This document shows, piece after piece, positions 10,265 through 19,807 of a stretch of DNA of 64,000 nucleotides. The stretch lies in NCBI GenBank assembly GCA_963696385.1, contig CAVOKF010000003.1:352001-416000 (forward strand), in the 5' to 3' direction. The position numbers and the translations under genes are program-made. A model generated the notes under the pieces. The model ran no database searches. It was not told the DNA's origin and saw only the letters and a program-made list of their open reading frames with translations. This DNA comes from an uncultured delta proteobacterium. GTDB lineage: Bacteria; Myxococcota_A; Polyangia; Polyangiales; Polyangiaceae. Position 1 is the first letter of the stretch. Each line of letters starts with the position of its first letter.

Positions 10265-11803
10265 CTCGGCTTCCTTCGGCGTCTCGAATCTCGGGGGCTG
10301 GAAGACCCAGCGGATCGATCATCGGCTGCACTCGAGCGCGCGGGCCGACGACCACGATGATCCCATCGGTCGGGTCGTAAAAGCGCCGCGCGAGCGCATC
10401 CAGCTCCGCCTTCGACGCGGAGTCGCGCATCCGGCTGCTCTGGGCTTCCCAGTCGGCCGGAAGGCCCAGGGAGGCATCCGCTGCCAGGTGTCCTGCGACG
10501 CCCTCGACCGACTCGTAGGCACCCACAAGATCGCCGCGAGCTTGTGAGCGAGTGCGCAATACTTCGTCGTCGTTCAGCCCAGCCGAGGCGAAACTAGCGA
10601 GGTCCGCCAGCATGGCCTTTAGCGCGTCCCCCGTCTTGTCCGTGACGACGTTGGCCCAGGAGATCAGCTGACCCGGTCCGCGCGAAACGGAGTATCGCGA
10701 GCGCGCACCATACGTGTATCCGTGCTGTTCGCGAAGATCCTGATTGAGGCGCGATGAAAAGCTACCGCCGATAGCGTCATTGACGCGCCACAGAGCCGGT
10801 TGCTGCGGGTCCGAGGCCGCAATTCCCGGCTTGACCAGCGCGATAACGGCCTGGGGCGCGTCCGGTCGATCGACGAACACGAGTCTTGGCCAAGGCCCGT
10901 GGGCAGCCAGGGGCACGATCGGCGCAGGTGCCGGACCTGACGGCGCCTTCCACGACCCGAAGGCGCTGTCCACCAGCGCCGAGAGCCCAGGACGCGCGAC
11001 GTCGCCCGCGCAGACGAGTGTGGCCCGGTCGGGTCTCCACGTCGAAGCGTACAGCCGTTTGACGTCGTCGAGCCCCACCGCTGCCGCGCTCTGCCGCGTC
11101 CCGTCCCACGGATGACCGTAGGGGTGGTCGGCGCCGAACAGAGCGACGCGATACACGACGCGCGCCGTCGCATCCGGGTCCTTTTCCCTCTGCAGCAATT
11201 CGTTGTGCCACAGTTCCTTCATGCGACTGAACTCGGCTGCCTCGAAGCGAGGGCGCGTGACGACGTCCGCGAAGACCGAGAAAGCCGGGGCGAGATTCTT
11301 CTTCAGCACCGTCAAAGCCACACCGCTCGCGTCGGCGTTGGCGTCCGTGGTCAGCCGGGCACCGAGAATCGTCCAGCGCCCGCGCCAACTCGAGCGCGCC
11401 GCGCCGGCCTGCCCCTTCGTTGAGCATCCTCGCCGTGGCGTAAGCGAGACCCGCTTTGCCCTTCGGAATCCGAAGATGCCCCCGTGGGAATCGATAGGTC
11501 GCAGGAAACGATCGGGGCTTCGTGACGCTCGAGGAGCCAGACCGTGACTCCGACCGTCGTCTTGAAGACCTCCGGCGACGGCGGAAGAAACGGGGCCGGT
11601 GCGGGCGTGTCCGGACGCGGACCGAGCGGGTCGGACACGGCGGCGACCGGAGCGAACGAAGCGTCGGGTACGGCCGGGGTGACCGGTGGCGTCGCCTGGG
11701 GGGGGGGCTGAGCGCCGCACGCACCGGCCGCGAACCCGAGGACGAAGGGGAGTAGCGGCCGCACGTGGGACGTCCACGAGGAGCGGTTCATCGAACGGCT
11801 CAT
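10254..11803 (-). CDS. M16 family peptidase, non-catalytic partner, probable lipoprotein; two apparent +1 frameshifts (11466-11470, 11366-11370)
   Basis: Three ORF pieces join into 515 aa when one base is removed at each site. Lipobox-like AAGAC; no HxxEH (GLAYATARML); SSRLNQDLREQHGYTYG. Confidence 0.85.
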
Positions 11804-13173
11804 CGCGCCCCTTCTTTCTTGTCCCTCGCGGGGACAATGATGAGCACGACGACCGCGTCCGGCCTCAGCACCTTCTTTGCGTAATCGCGAATGTCGCGTG
11901 TCGTGGCGTGCCGATACCGATCCAGATCGCTCTGGAAGTAGCCCGGGTCGCCGACCTCGGCTTGATACATGTTGAGCAGCGAGGCCCGCTCCGGAATGCT
12001 CTGGAGCCGATCGACGAAGTCCATCTCGTAGCCATTCTTGGCGCGTTCAATCTCCTCCGTCGAGACCTCGCGCGCGGCAAGGCTTGCCACTTGATCGAGG
12101 AGCGCCTTCTCTACCGTGGAAGGGTCAACTCCGGGCCGGACGAGCGCTTCGACGACGAAATCGGACCCCAGCAGGTGCGAGTCTTGCTCGGCGGAGACCT
12201 CCTGCGCGATCTTCTGATCATAGACGAGGGACTTGTAGAGGCGGCTCTCCTTGCCGTGCGACAGGACGCTCGCGGCGAGATCCAGCTCGGCATCTCCCGG
12301 CGCAAAGTGCCGCGGCGACTGCCACGCGAGCGTCACCTTGGACAACTCGACGTTGTCGGCCACGGATCGACGCACCACGCCGGCGATCGTCGTACGCTGA
12401 TCGCTGAACCCGGGCGCGCCCGGGTCCTCGGGCTTGCCCCGGCTCGGCAGACCCGCAAACAGCCGGTCGACCGACGCACGCACCTCTCGCGAATCGAAAT
12501 CCCCGGAGACCGCGAGAGAGGCGTTCGATGGGTCGTACCACGTGGCGAAGAACTGCTTGACGTCCGCAACGCTCGCGGCTTCGAGATCGGCGTGCGACCC
12601 GATGACGGGGTGGTGGTAAGGGTGGCCCTCCGGCCAGACGAGGTTGGGTAGCTCGAGCTCCTCGACGCCGTACGGGCGATTCTCGACGCTCTGCCGCCGC
12701 TCATTTCTCACGACCTCGCGCTGAAGATCGAGCTTGCTCTGGTCGATGAGCGGGCCGAGATCCCGCATTCGATCGGCCTCGAGCCAAAGGAGCAGAGGCA
12801 AGGCCGACGAGGGGGCGATGTCGAAGTAATCCGTGCGATCCTCGGCCGTCCACGCGTTGTTCTTGCCCCCCGCTCCCTCCATCCACGCGTCGAACGCTTT
12901 GGTGGGGGCGCGATCGGTGCCCATGAACATCAGGTGCTCGAAAAGGTGAGCAAACCCCGTGCGACCCGGTCGCTCCATTCGAGACCCGACGCGATACGAT
13001 ACGTTGACGGCAACTTGCGGGACCGAATGGTCTTCGCTGAGGATGACGACCAGGCCGTTCGGCAACGTCGTCTTCGTAAATGGAATGTTCACATCCTGCC
13101 CGAGCGCCGCCCGAGCCGCGATCAGCACCGGGGTCATCGAGGCAAACGCGAGGGTCACCGCGGAAGGACGCAT
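11800..13173 (-). CDS. M16 family zinc peptidase, catalytic subunit
   Basis: Signal peptide, GFAHLFEHLMF (HxxEH), NAWT, VVRNERR; stop overlaps the partner ATG. Confidence 0.93.
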   Translation of the reverse strand: MRPSAVTLAFASMTPVLIAARAALGQDVNIPFTKTTLPNGLVVILSEDHSVPQVAVNVSYRVGSRMERPGRTGFAHLFEHLMFMGTDRAPTKAFDAWMEGAGGKNNAWTAEDRTDYFDIAPSSALPLLLWLEADRMRDLGPLIDQSKLDLQREVVRNERRQSVENRPYGVEELELPNLVWPEGHPYHHPVIGSHADLEAASVADVKQFFATWYDPSNASLAVSGDFDSREVRASVDRLFAGLPSRGKPEDPGAPGFSDQRTTIAGVVRRSVADNVELSKVTLAWQSPRHFAPGDAELDLAASVLSHGKESRLYKSLVYDQKIAQEVSAEQDSHLLGSDFVVEALVRPGVDPSTVEKALLDQVASLAAREVSTEEIERAKNGYEMDFVDRLQSIPERASLLNMYQAEVGDPGYFQSDLDRYRHATTRDIRDYAKKVLRPDAVVVLIIVPARDKKEGAR

Positions 13174-13243
13174 ACGTCGACGTACTAATCGTCACCGAGC
13201 CGCGATGCTATGGGAATGTCTCGGCGATCTCGACCCTATGGAG

Positions 13244-14284
13244 TCAAACGGGGGCCTCGATGGGCTCGACGTCGACGTCGATGAGCCTTCGGTCGCGCAC
13301 CACTCGCAGCTTGATGGCTCGGGCCGCGGTCCACTTTTGCAGGGCCCGATGGATGTCGTCGACGTTCGAGACCAATCCTCCGTCCAGTCCGACGACGATA
13401 TCGCCGACTCGCAGCGCACTGCGGGTGGCCGGGCCCCGATCATCGAAGGCGGTTACTTCGACACCGCTCGGCCGCGCGAGACCGAGCTTTCGCGCGAGGT
13501 CGCAATCCATGGGCCGATTCTGCCCGGCGATTCCAAGCCAACCCCGGCGGACTCGGCCGCTTCGCATCAGCTCGCCAAGGACCCACTTTGCCGTGTCGAT
13601 GGGCACGCTAAAGCTGATCCCCTGCGCCCCGACGATGACGGCCGTGTTGATCCCGACAACGCGTCCCCGTGAGTCGGCGAGCGGGCCTCCGGAGTTGCCA
13701 GGATTGAGCGCGACGTCGCTCTGAATGATACCCTCCATGGCGCGTCCGTCGCGAGCCCGCATCGTGCGACCGAGCGCGCTCACAACGCCTGCCGAGACGG
13801 TCGAGCTGTAACCGAGAGGATTGCCGATGGCGACGACCAGCTGTCCGACGCGAAGAGCGGACGAGTTTCCGAGTGCCGCCTGCTTCGGAGCCGAACCGGT
13901 CGCGCGAACGACCGCGAGGTCGGTCGCATGATCGACGCCGACCACGTGAGCGCCGCAGGTCGTCCCGTCCGTGAAGCCGAGTTCCAGCTGATGAGCGTCG
14001 GACACGACGTGCGCGTTGGTCAGTACGTAGCCGTCTTGCGCGAAAACCACTCCCGAGCCGGCACCGGCTGGTCCTTGCCGCGAGCTGCGAGCGATGCTCA
14101 CGACCGCGGGACCGACCTGGTCCGCGACGTAGACCACCGCTCGCGAATAAGCGTCGAGCGCCTCCTCTTCGGCCGGCGGGGCGGCATCGTTCGCCGGTGC
14201 CGCAAACGACGAGGACCCCTGCGACAAGCCCTCGGACAAGTCCAGTACGCGTGCGACGCGGGGCATGCGGTTCAAAGTGCGCAT
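13244..14284 (-). CDS. HtrA/DegP-like trypsin serine protease with PDZ domain
   Basis: TNAHVV, DLAV, NPGNSGGPL triad; C-terminal PDZ; start approximate. Confidence 0.92.
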   Translation of the reverse strand: MRTLNRMPRVARVLDLSEGLSQGSSSFAAPANDAAPPAEEEALDAYSRAVVYVADQVGPAVVSIARSSRQGPAGAGSGVVFAQDGYVLTNAHVVSDAHQLELGFTDGTTCGAHVVGVDHATDLAVVRATGSAPKQAALGNSSALRVGQLVVAIGNPLGYSSTVSAGVVSALGRTMRARDGRAMEGIIQSDVALNPGNSGGPLADSRGRVVGINTAVIVGAQGISFSVPIDTAKWVLGELMRSGRVRRGWLGIAGQNRPMDCDLARKLGLARPSGVEVTAFDDRGPATRSALRVGDIVVGLDGGLVSNVDDIHRALQKWTAARAIKLRVVRDRRLIDVDVEPIEAPV

Positions 14285-14358
14285 GGATCGCCACGTGTGC
14301 AATCGGCCCTCGTTCGACACGCGGCGCCGGCCGCCGCACGAGCGCAATCCGCGGGTGT

Positions 14359-15465
14359 GTGTCAGAAGCCCAGAGCTTGGCAAATCCCGCTGGCTCCACG
14401 GCCGACCGGGCGGACTTGCGATGCGGGCACCCCTGGGCACCGGCGCAGCGCCTGAAGAACGACATGCTCTGGGCGTTGGCGAGCACCGCCCTGGCGGCGA
14501 CGCGCCCCATCTCCGTCGCCGGCCTGCGCATCCTTGGGCGCGTGCTCGGGCTCGCCGCCTACCGACTGGCCGCTTCCGCCCGTCGCTGCGCGCACGCCAA
14601 CGTGGCACGCGTCTTCTTGGACGCAAGCGACGCCGACCGGACACGATTCGTGCGGGGGTGCTTCGGGCGCCTCGGCGAGCTTTTGGGCGAGACCGTCGCG
14701 TTGCTGCGATCGGACACCGTTTTGCCTCCTTTGGTCTTGGTCCCCGAAGCACGCGAGGCCCTTCAGTGTGCGCGCGCCACGGCACGAGGCGCGCAGGGCA
14801 TCCTCTTCGCGTCGGCGCATCTGGGCCCCTGGGAGCGGGTCGCGGCATCAATCGTGTCGTCCGGCGTTCCGCTGATTGCCGTGGCTCGAGAGAGCTACAA
14901 TCCGAGGTTCTCTGCGCTGTTCGAACGCATCCGCTACCGCGCCGGCGTCCGGGTCATCTGGCGCGGCCGGCCGGGCGCCGCGGCCCGGATCCTCCGTGCG
15001 CTGCGCAGGGGGGAAGTCCTCGGCATCCCGATGGATCTCCGATCCCGGGTCGCCTCGCGCCTGGTCCCATTCCTTGGGATCCCCGCGCCGACAGCCATTG
15101 GCCCGGCCCGCCTCGCTCTCACGACTGGGGCGGCGGTCGTCGTCGGCTCGGTCGCGCCCGGCTCGGACGGATCCCTCGTCGTCACGGCAACACCTATCCC
15201 CACCGGCGACCTCGAGCCCGGCGAAGAAGGGGCGTTCGAGCTCACCTCAAGAATCAATTCCGAGCTCTCGCGCCGCATCCTTGCCCTGCCGGACGCCTGG
15301 GTTTGGATGCACGAGCGGTGGCCGGAAGGCGCGAGTATGATGAACTCTTGCGGGGCGTTGGGCCGTGGCACGGCCAACGCAAGTTCCCATGAAGAACCGC
15401 GACACGCTGATCGCGAGGAGGCCTGTCTTGTCGGAAGCGAGAATGTCGGCCGCCCCCGAAACTGA
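14359..15465 (+). CDS. LpxL/HtrB-family lipid A (lysophospholipid) acyltransferase
   Basis: SAHLGPWE, VPFLG, WVWMHERW; start approximate (GTG 14359). Confidence 0.85.
   Translation: MSEAQSLANPAGSTADRADLRCGHPWAPAQRLKNDMLWALASTALAATRPISVAGLRILGRVLGLAAYRLAASARRCAHANVARVFLDASDADRTRFVRGCFGRLGELLGETVALLRSDTVLPPLVLVPEAREALQCARATARGAQGILFASAHLGPWERVAASIVSSGVPLIAVARESYNPRFSALFERIRYRAGVRVIWRGRPGAAARILRALRRGEVLGIPMDLRSRVASRLVPFLGIPAPTAIGPARLALTTGAAVVVGSVAPGSDGSLVVTATPIPTGDLEPGEEGAFELTSRINSELSRRILALPDAWVWMHERWPEGASMMNSCGALGRGTANASSHEEPRHADREEACLVGSENVGRPRN
15366..15381 (+). promoter_or_regulatory. Possible sigma54 -24/-12 promoter for the J-TPR/dnaK genes
   Basis: TGGCACGGCCAACGCA has GG-N10-GC spacing and a perfect TGGCACG -24 box but lacks the TT before GC; lies in the non-conserved tail of the acyltransferase ORF. 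Confidence 0.25.
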
Positions 15466-16609
15466 GGGGGTTGGATCGAAATCAGAGGAGCAAGTCGACC
15501 TCGACCCACACCTCAGACAAACGGTGATGGATCTGCACGCCAAGCTCGACTCGCTCGACTACTATGGATTGCTCGGCGTCGAGCCCACGGCGGACCGGAA
15601 AGCGTTCAAGCGAGCCTACTTCGAGCTCGCAGCCAAATTTCACCCGGACAGGCACTTTCGCAAAAATCTCGGCTCGTTCAAAGTGAAGATGGAAGCGATC
15701 TTCGCGCGCGCCACGCTCGCGCACGACACGCTCGTCGATGCCGGAAGGCGAGCGGAATACGATTCCTACATTCAAGCGCAGCGGCGATCGCGAAGCATCG
15801 AGGAGTTGCTGTCGGACGCCATCGTAGAGGTCCGGCGGGCCCAGGAGACGGCGGAGCGAGAAGCGCGATCGACGGCTCCGCCGACCCTTGCTGCCCCCGC
15901 CCCTGCGCCGGAGGTAGACTTGGCGGCCCGGCGCGACGCGCTGGCGCGACGCTTGCGTGGAGGTCGGTTCGCCGGCGCCCCGAGCTCCCCTACCCCGCCG
16001 GCGACCCCGCCCACACAGTCTGTTCCGAGCCCCCAAGCCGCAATGGATGACCTGCGCCGCAGGTACGAAGAGCGGGTCGTGCAAGCCAAGGCAGTCCAAG
16101 CTCGCACTTACGCGGAGAAAGGCGCATCCGCGATCGCCGCCGGTGATTTCGTCGCCGCGGCAAGCTCGCTCCGCATTGCGAGCAGCCTCGCCCCCGCGGA
16201 TGTCGAAATTGCTCGCATGGCCAAGGAAGCGCAAGCCAAAGCCGATGTGCTGCTCGGGCAGACATACTCCCAGCAAGCTGAATACGAGGAAAGGAACGGG
16301 CATTGGGCCGAGGCCGCACGGTCCTGGACCCGTGTCTGCCGAGCGCGCGCAAACGACGCTCGTGCGCACGAGCATGCAGCCAATGCGATCGTCAAGGCCG
16401 CAGGCGACTTGCACGAAGCCGCACGGCTCGGCAGGCGCGCATGCGAAATCGATCCAACTCACGTGGCCGCCCGGCTGACTCTGGCGAACGTCTACTCGAC
16501 CGCGGGTCTGGATCTCAACGCGAGACGCGAGCTCGATGCCGCCGCGCGACTGGCGCCGAGCGATGGTAGCATTCAAGAAATGATCAAGAAATTGGGGCAG
16601 CCAGGCTGA
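15443..16609 (+). CDS. J-domain (DnaJ-like) protein with C-terminal TPR repeats
   Basis: DYYGLLGV...KRAYFELAAKFHPD (HPD intact), Pro/Ala linker, TPR helices; start may be 15389. Confidence 0.88.
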   Translation: MSAAPETEGVGSKSEEQVDLDPHLRQTVMDLHAKLDSLDYYGLLGVEPTADRKAFKRAYFELAAKFHPDRHFRKNLGSFKVKMEAIFARATLAHDTLVDAGRRAEYDSYIQAQRRSRSIEELLSDAIVEVRRAQETAEREARSTAPPTLAAPAPAPEVDLAARRDALARRLRGGRFAGAPSSPTPPATPPTQSVPSPQAAMDDLRRRYEERVVQAKAVQARTYAEKGASAIAAGDFVAAASSLRIASSLAPADVEIARMAKEAQAKADVLLGQTYSQQAEYEERNGHWAEAARSWTRVCRARANDARAHEHAANAIVKAAGDLHEAARLGRRACEIDPTHVAARLTLANVYSTAGLDLNARRELDAAARLAPSDGSIQEMIKKLGQPG

Positions 16610-16721
16610 ACGCTGTCCATCGCAGACTCCGCGGTCCTGCCGGCCTTTGACGACTTCGACGAGCGCAGGAGAGTGGAGCAGGGTTAGGCTGTAGCGTGGT
16701 TCGGAAGGGAGACGCGCGCGG

Positions 16722-18548
16722 ATGGAGAAGGTGATCGGCATCGACCTCGGAACGACCAACTCCTGCGTCGCCATCGTCGAGAACGGCGTTCCGACTGTGA
16801 TTCCCAATCGCGGCGGTTACAAGACGACTCCCTCCATGGTCGCCATCACCGAGGCCGGCAAGCGTCTGGTCGGCCACATCGCCAAACGCCAGGCGATCAC
16901 GAATGCCGAGAACACGGTTTATGCCGCGAAACGGTTGATCGGCCGCAAGTGGAGCTCGCCTCAGGTCAAGAATGCCGTCGCGACTTCCAGCTACCGCATC
17001 GTGCAGGGGCCCCACGCGGACGTTCGGATCGTTCTGCGCGAAAAAGAATACAGCGTTTCCGAGATCAGCGCGATGGTCCTTCAGGAGATGAAGCTCATCG
17101 CGGAAGACTACCTCGGTGACCCCGTCTTCAAGACGGTCATTACAGTACCCGCTTATTTCAACGACAACCAACGGCAAGCCACGAAGGACGCGGGGGAAAT
17201 CGCAGGGCTCGACGTCATCCGAATCATCAACGAGCCGACCGCCGCCGCGCTGTCCTACGGCTTCGGAAAGAACGTCGAGAAGACCGTCGCCGTCTACGAT
17301 TTCGGCGGAGGTACATTCGACATCTCTATTTTGGAGATCGGTTCGAGCGGCATCTTCAAGGTCATCGCCACGGCGGGTGATACGTTTCTCGGCGGCGAAG
17401 ACGTCGACGCGCGGATCATCGACTGGCTGGTCCACGGTTTCAAAGACGAGCACGGAATCGATCTCCGACAGGATCGTATGGCCCTCCAGCGCCTGAAAGA
17501 TGCCGCAGAGAAAGCGAAGTGCGAACTTTCGAGTGTGCGCGACACGGAAGTCAACCTGCCGTTCATCATTTCGAGCGGGCGCAACGAGGCCCTGCATCTG
17601 CAGCGAACGATCGATCGCCCGACGCTCGACCAGCTCTCGGCGGATCTCATTCAGCGAACGATCGACATCTGTCAACAGACCCTCGCAGACGCCCATCTGG
17701 AGAAGCGGGATATCGAAGAGGTCATCCTGGTCGGGGGAATGACTCGTATGCCGAAAATTCAGCAGGCCGTTGCGGAATTTTTCGAGCAAGACCCATGCAA
17801 AGGCGTGCATCCGGACGAATGTGTCGCGCTCGGCGCAGGGATTCAGGGCGCGGCGCTCATCGACGACAAGCACGAGATGGTGCTGCTCGACGTCACTCCG
17901 CACGCGCTCGGCATCATGACCCAGGGCGGCTATTTCGAAGAGCTGATTCCCCAGAACACGACAGTCCCGACACATCGAACGAAAATCTTCACGACCAGCC
18001 GTGATCACCAGACCGCGGTAAAAATCGTGGTGATGCAGGGCGAAAGCGAGCGCGCAGAGGAAAACGAGCTGCTCGGCGAATTCATTCTGATGGGGTTGCG
18101 CCGCGCCCCGAAGGGGAGCGTCGAAATCGAGGTCACGTTCGAGATCAACGCGGACGGCATCGTGAGTGTCCACGCGAAGGATCTCGAGACGGGCAAGGAA
18201 CAGTCGATCGAAGTAACGGCATCGAGCGGACTTACGCGCGACGAAATTCAAAACATGATGGAGGGCGCCAAGGACTACATGGTCGAGCGCCGATCGAGCG
18301 AAGAGTTCGAAGCCGCCAAGCAGGAAGCCGAGCGCATCGTCGCCGAGATTGAGAGGCTTCTGCCGCAGGTCGAGCAAATCGTCGCCACGAGCGACTTCGG
18401 CCGAGACGCCATCGAGAAAGCGCGCGCGGTCGTCGCCAAAGCTCGTCACGCCGTGGGCAAGCGTGACGTCGCGGCGATCAAGAGCGAAATCGACGCCCTT
18501 TCGCGCACCCATCGGATGTTCAAAGGCGTGGTGGCCAAGACCCATTGA
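16722..18548 (+). CDS. dnaK: Hsp70/DnaK family chaperone (probable paralogue)
   Basis: GIDLGTTNS, TVPAYFND, EPTAAA, DFGGGTFD, linker VLLDVTP; 608 aa. Confidence 0.95.
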   Translation: MEKVIGIDLGTTNSCVAIVENGVPTVIPNRGGYKTTPSMVAITEAGKRLVGHIAKRQAITNAENTVYAAKRLIGRKWSSPQVKNAVATSSYRIVQGPHADVRIVLREKEYSVSEISAMVLQEMKLIAEDYLGDPVFKTVITVPAYFNDNQRQATKDAGEIAGLDVIRIINEPTAAALSYGFGKNVEKTVAVYDFGGGTFDISILEIGSSGIFKVIATAGDTFLGGEDVDARIIDWLVHGFKDEHGIDLRQDRMALQRLKDAAEKAKCELSSVRDTEVNLPFIISSGRNEALHLQRTIDRPTLDQLSADLIQRTIDICQQTLADAHLEKRDIEEVILVGGMTRMPKIQQAVAEFFEQDPCKGVHPDECVALGAGIQGAALIDDKHEMVLLDVTPHALGIMTQGGYFEELIPQNTTVPTHRTKIFTTSRDHQTAVKIVVMQGESERAEENELLGEFILMGLRRAPKGSVEIEVTFEINADGIVSVHAKDLETGKEQSIEVTASSGLTRDEIQNMMEGAKDYMVERRSSEEFEAAKQEAERIVAEIERLLPQVEQIVATSDFGRDAIEKARAVVAKARHAVGKRDVAAIKSEIDALSRTHRMFKGVVAKTH

Positions 18549-19387
18549 GACCGAGCGCCGCGTCCGCATCGGACGCACGCCCCCAAACGAACCGGATTCA
18601 CGTGACGGACCAACCTCCTTCCGACAAGAAGACTCCCACGGCGCCGGCCGATGCATCGACCACCGCGAGCGATCGGCCCACCGTCAATCCACCGTTCGAT
18701 GTCGAGGCGTTCGCGCGATCCACAGCCGGCAACCCAGCAGAGTCCGATCCTCCGGGCGATTCCGGCGAGGCGGGCACGGCGACACGAGCGGAGCGCATTA
18801 CGATGACCGACGAGTTGCAACTCGAAGTCGCACGCGCCAAATCCGCGGAGAGCACCCAGCCACCGCAGCCGAGGTCGAGCGGCCTTCTCTCCATCGCGGA
18901 CGCCCGCGTGCCGAGCATGCCCGCACCCCGGAGTCTGTCGCCGTCCAGCATCGAAGCGGCGGTTCTCGGCGCTTTGGCGACCACGCCCGGGCCGGAAATC
19001 ACGGAACGCTGGATCGAGGATCCGAGCGCGGAGATGCGCGAACGCTTTTCGCTCGGCGACTACACCGGCGCGCTCGAGATGGTCGAGCTCATCCTGGCAG
19101 ACGATCCGGCGAACCTCGAAGCCGCGGAATGCGGCGAGAATTGCCGAACCGTGTTGGAGAATATGTATTCGGCCAAACTGGGTCCGACCGACCGCGTTCC
19201 GATGATCATCGTGCCTCGGACGCAAATGAGGTGGCTCTCCATCGATCACCGAGCCGGTTTCATCTTGTCGCTGGTGGACGGCACATCTTCCGTCGAAATG
19301 CTCCTCGACGTATCGGGAATGCCGAGGCTCGATGCGCTGCGGATCCTGCACGAGCTCGTGCAGCAGCGCATTGTCGCGTTCCGCTAG
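18545..19387 (+). CDS. Hypothetical protein: disordered N-terminus, TPR-like helix pair, C-terminal winged-helix-like domain
   Basis: TTG overlaps the dnaK stop; LGDYTGALEMVELILADDP; LSIDHRAGFILSLVDGTSSVEMLLDVSGMPRLDALRILHELVQQRIV. Confidence 0.7.
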   Translation: MRPSAASASDARPQTNRIHVTDQPPSDKKTPTAPADASTTASDRPTVNPPFDVEAFARSTAGNPAESDPPGDSGEAGTATRAERITMTDELQLEVARAKSAESTQPPQPRSSGLLSIADARVPSMPAPRSLSPSSIEAAVLGALATTPGPEITERWIEDPSAEMRERFSLGDYTGALEMVELILADDPANLEAAECGENCRTVLENMYSAKLGPTDRVPMIIVPRTQMRWLSIDHRAGFILSLVDGTSSVEMLLDVSGMPRLDALRILHELVQQRIVAFR

Positions 19388-19388
19388 T

Positions 19389-19449
19389 GCTAGTGTCCTG
19401 TCACGAGATCCGCTGCATCATTCGGAGCTCCTCGAGACAGGACGCTAGC
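19389..19449. repeat. 61-bp palindromic element with 19-bp terminal inverted repeats (MITE/REP-like)
   Basis: GCTAGTGTCCTGTCACGAG (19389-19407) versus CTCGAGACAGGACGCTAGC (19431-19449): 17/19 complementary, CTAG near both ends. Confidence 0.6.
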
Positions 19450-19807
19450 CGAAGCCGCGGGTGCGGCTTCGCTCGAGGGAGCGTTTTCCGCAGGAAAACA
19501 CGGGGGCGGGAGCCGGCCTCCGAAACCGTCTCGTGTCCCGTCGACGCCGCGTCGCGGCGCGGTCCGCCTGCCCTTGATGCGGCGGACTTCGGAGGAGACG
19601 GGATACTGGTCGTGCGTCCACGGAGGATAGCGCCCTTGCGCTCCGCCGAGGCGTTCTTACACGACGATTGCGAATCTTGAGCGACGAATTGACGCCGTGC
19701 AAGCGCAATGCGCGAGCGTTTCGTCGATAGCGGACGCGTGCCGGCCGGATTCGGTTTTGCGCATTGCACGGCTACCACGTGGAAGCTACACCCTAGTTAA
19801 CGCGGAA

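Noticed and set aside
16584..18656. 690-aa ORF antisense to dnaK
   Set aside because: Long antisense frames opposite hsp70 genes are a known codon-usage artefact; no independent motifs
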